From: Eledone cirrhosa
Lineage: Eukaryota
Assembly: GCA_964016885.1 (NCBI GenBank)
Contig: OZ024740.1
Span: 302,746,001-302,810,000 of the forward strand
Length of the DNA: 64,000 nt
Reading direction: 5' to 3'
Every line of letters starts with the position of its first letter. The stretch's first letter is position 1. Below are positions 60,958 through 64,000 of this stretch, piece after piece. The notes beneath the pieces were generated by a model. That model saw only the letters and a list, made by a program, of their open reading frames with translations, was not told the origin of the DNA and searched no databases. The position numbers and the translations under genes are program-made.

Positions 60958-61160
60958 TTCCGGGTTCAATCGGGGGTAACCACAATAAGTAACGTACTCA
61001 ATACATAACAGAGTATAAATGTTTTAATATAGAAAAGCTTCTACAGAACTAGAACCGTTTCATTCGTGAGAAATCATCAGGAGCTTCCTGATGATTTCTC
61101 ACGAATAAACAGTTGAAGTTTTTCTATATTAAAATATATTGAAGTTTTTCTATATTAAAA
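60958..61160 (-). mobile_element. Family B fold-back mini-element
   Basis: GAAATCATCAGGA-gct-TCCTGATGATTTC centre at about 61084; minus arm carries a complete core and tail. Confidence 0.8.
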
Positions 61161-61165
61161 TATAT

Positions 61166-61197
<32 letters not shown>

Positions 61198-61456
61198 ATA
61201 TATATTATATATATATGTGTGTGTATGTGTGTGAGTGTGCATGTATAAATATATATACATACTAATATATACACATAAACACATACATATATATATGGTG
61301 GCTGCCAAGTCGTTTTCGAGTACGGCCACTACTTTATATCCATGTAGGAGAACCCCTACCGATGCGCTGAACGTATATATACATACATACATACATACAT
61401 ACATACATACATACATACATACATACATACATACATACATACATACATACATACAT

Positions 61457-63870
61457 ACTTCAACCAAGATGCAGTGCGACGAAGAGAATTCCGAAAGAAC
61501 TATTGCTCCTATACTACAACAAAAACATACGAAATAAGTGAGAGTAGCCTTGAGACTGTGATAGGAAATCTCCAAGATAAGAAAACACCAGGAAGAGACA
61601 TGATTGTCGCCTACTGGTACAAAAAACTGATATTCTATCGAAGGTATCTTACTGACCTCTACCAACAAGTTCTTAAGGGAGATACACTTATACCAGAATG
61701 GTGACATTAGCACAAACATTACTGGTCCCCAAGGACAATGACACCCACTTGGCAAAAAACCACCGACCCATTGCATGCCAGAACCTGATGTATAAGTTGT
61801 ATACAGCCTGCCTGAACCTATTCCTCCAAGATCACTGTGAAAATAATAACATCATCACAGATGAACAAGCAACTGGAAAGAAAGGGGTTTGGGGATGTGC
61901 TGAACAACTCCTAATCAACAAAACTGCGATGTCGGAGGTGCGACAACTTAGGAAGAATATGACTACAGTCTGGCTGGACTACAAGAAAGCTTTCGATTCT
62001 GTTCCCCACTCTTGGATGATAGAGGCCCTCCAACTTGCTAAAGCCCCAGACATTATTGTCAGAGCCATAGAGAGGGTGTCTTCTTCTTGGGCTACTATCC
62101 TAAGATTAAAAACAGGGAGGGAGGACTCTATTTTCACTGATAAAATAAAATATTGCAGGGGTATATTTCAGGGGGACAGTCTCTCTGTGATATTATTCAT
62201 CTTGTCATTAAACCCCTTGTCCTTCCTGCTCAAGAAATGTGAGGGATACATCATTGACTCGCAGGAGGACAGAAATACGAAACTAACCCATAATTTCTTT
62301 GTGGACGATCTGAAACTCTATACCAAGAACATGGATGGGATGAATAAACATCTTGACCTGGTTACAACGTTCTCAAAGGATATAGGAATGGAGCTTGGCC
62401 AAGATAAATTCGTATACATGACTGTAAAGCGGGGAAAAACAACAACCCAATCTAGCAACATTGTCATCAATGGCCTAACTGTTTCACCGATATCTGATGA
62501 GGACTGCTACAGATACCTGGGGATAGATGAGAACATATCCTATAATGGTATCTGTAATAAAGAACGCGTAACCAGGGAATACTACATCCGATTAAGAGAG
62601 ATCTGGTCATCGGAACTCTCTGCGCAAAACAAAACAGTGGCTCACAATGTGTTTGCTGTGCCTGTCCTAACACCAATGTTTGGAATACTCAGTTGGACGA
62701 TAGACGAAATCCGAGCAGTTGATGTTGGAACTCGAAAAATACTGAACAACACCGGAAACTTCCACATCAACAATGACATAGACCGCCTTTACTTGAAACG
62801 TAAGCAGGGAAGCAGAGGCCTAACATCAGTCCAGACAACATTTGAATGTCGCATCATATCTCTCCGACAACATCTACGAACCTCGAAGCGCAGGAGCCCG
62901 TTTCTGGAGCAAGTCTTTCTGCATGAAACAGACAAGATCATGAGAGTTGGGAGGGAACTCCTTGAGAGATATTCCCTGTGTGATAATCAAAATTTCACAC
63001 CCAGGGATGTCGCTCTGCAGTATCGCAGTGAATCCATGGATGAAAAACTGCATGCCTATCAGCAAAAGATCATGCATGGATATGTTGCCAGGAAGCTCCA
63101 GAGTGAGAGTAATATAGATAAGGAAAGTAGTCTATCTTGGACCAACAACTGCTATATTGGCTCCCACTTTGAAGGATACGCTTTTGCAATCCAGGAACAG
63201 GAGATTAGCACGAAAAACCTGTTTCACAAAAGAGATAGGGATGCAGGCAAAACACCTAGATGTGATAACAAGTGCAGACTCTGCAGAACTAACATCGAGG
63301 ATATCACCCATGTCACCAGCAGCTGTCCAAAGATGTCATCGCGGTACTATCCACCTATGAGGTATGATGTAGTGGCCAAAACACTGTACAATGCAGTTCG
63401 TAAAAACGATAGCCCCGATAATAAACACATTAAAAGCTACAACAATGTGGAAGACATCCATGTACATAATATGAAAGAGTACTGGTGGAATGTTCCAGTA
63501 AAAACCCCAATAAAATGCAGGCATAACAGACCAGATATGATATGGGACAGGGAGAAGAAAACATGCACAGTAGTGGAAATTAGCTGCCCAACAGATGCCA
63601 ATATAATATCAAAGATTAGTGAAAAGGAGTATATTTATGCAGAACTGATGAGAAATCTGCAGATACTCCACCCTGATTACACCTTCAGATTTATGCCTGT
63701 GATTATTGGGGCACTGGGATATGTTAGTAACTGCCTCAATAGAAATCTTGAGAAGCTAGGCTTCACAGGAACAGAAAGAACACAACTAGTTAGGAAATTA
63801 CAAGTACAATCCATTAATGGAACAGTAAAAATATGTAAAACATTCCAAATATGTTGCATCTAATAACTGC
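61457..63870 (+). mobile_element. 5'-truncated R4/Dong-like non-LTR retrotransposon next to (CATA)n
   Basis: Starts directly after (CATA)n 61380-61456. Upstream frame 61474-61704 (KTPGRDMIVAYWYK...IPEW) joins the main ORF by a frameshift near 61700. CATA-rich sequence follows the stop. Confidence 0.8.
61698..63863 (+). CDS. Reverse transcriptase + CCHC knuckle + restriction-like endonuclease (partial ORF of R4/Dong-like element)
   Basis: HRPIAC.N..YKL, WLDYKKAFDSVPHSW, GIFQGDSLS, FFVDDLKLY, YRYLG, CRLC...EDITHVTSSC, RYDVV (RHD-like), RPD...VVEISCP, IGALG. Confidence 0.9.
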   Translation: MVTLAQTLLVPKDNDTHLAKNHRPIACQNLMYKLYTACLNLFLQDHCENNNIITDEQATGKKGVWGCAEQLLINKTAMSEVRQLRKNMTTVWLDYKKAFDSVPHSWMIEALQLAKAPDIIVRAIERVSSSWATILRLKTGREDSIFTDKIKYCRGIFQGDSLSVILFILSLNPLSFLLKKCEGYIIDSQEDRNTKLTHNFFVDDLKLYTKNMDGMNKHLDLVTTFSKDIGMELGQDKFVYMTVKRGKTTTQSSNIVINGLTVSPISDEDCYRYLGIDENISYNGICNKERVTREYYIRLREIWSSELSAQNKTVAHNVFAVPVLTPMFGILSWTIDEIRAVDVGTRKILNNTGNFHINNDIDRLYLKRKQGSRGLTSVQTTFECRIISLRQHLRTSKRRSPFLEQVFLHETDKIMRVGRELLERYSLCDNQNFTPRDVALQYRSESMDEKLHAYQQKIMHGYVARKLQSESNIDKESSLSWTNNCYIGSHFEGYAFAIQEQEISTKNLFHKRDRDAGKTPRCDNKCRLCRTNIEDITHVTSSCPKMSSRYYPPMRYDVVAKTLYNAVRKNDSPDNKHIKSYNNVEDIHVHNMKEYWWNVPVKTPIKCRHNRPDMIWDREKKTCTVVEISCPTDANIISKISEKEYIYAELMRNLQILHPDYTFRFMPVIIGALGYVSNCLNRNLEKLGFTGTERTQLVRKLQVQSINGTVKICKTFQICCI

Positions 63871-64000
63871 ATATACACATGTACAGATATAAAGCATATA
63901 CACATGCATACATACAACTCAAAACATACACATCCACACATACAATAACATCCATATCTACACATGCATGCATACATACATATCTACCTAGTTGATGTTG

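Overview
AT-rich, microsatellite-saturated animal genomic DNA. The SINE and LINE repertoire suggests an octopus-like cephalopod (inference). No host protein-coding gene can be established. One weak candidate first exon (ATG-CCT-CAG|GTAAGT at 35891) is noted, and almost all ORFs in the track are translated (TA)n/(CA)n/(TAG)n artefacts. Recognisable elements are a 5'-truncated R4/Dong-like RT + restriction-like endonuclease retrotransposon (61457-63870), two decayed Penelope-like (PLE) fragments, RTE/CR1/CRE fragments, tRNA-derived SINEs and two copies of a non-autonomous Helitron. The main signal is that many short islands between the (TA)n tracts carry type I hammerhead ribozyme (HHR) motifs. 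I read about 30 complete, degenerate or half motifs from about 11 sequence families in 64 kb. Most have self-complementary stem III, and several have very long stem II or core variants. In at least five families the island is a fold-back palindrome centred at or just 5' of the ribozyme, or in its inferred stem II. This suggests microsatellite-associated, PLE-mobilised fold-back hammerhead mini-retroelements whose cDNA self-primes on the ribozyme hairpin. All folds and alignments were done by eye, and boundaries of decayed elements are approximate.
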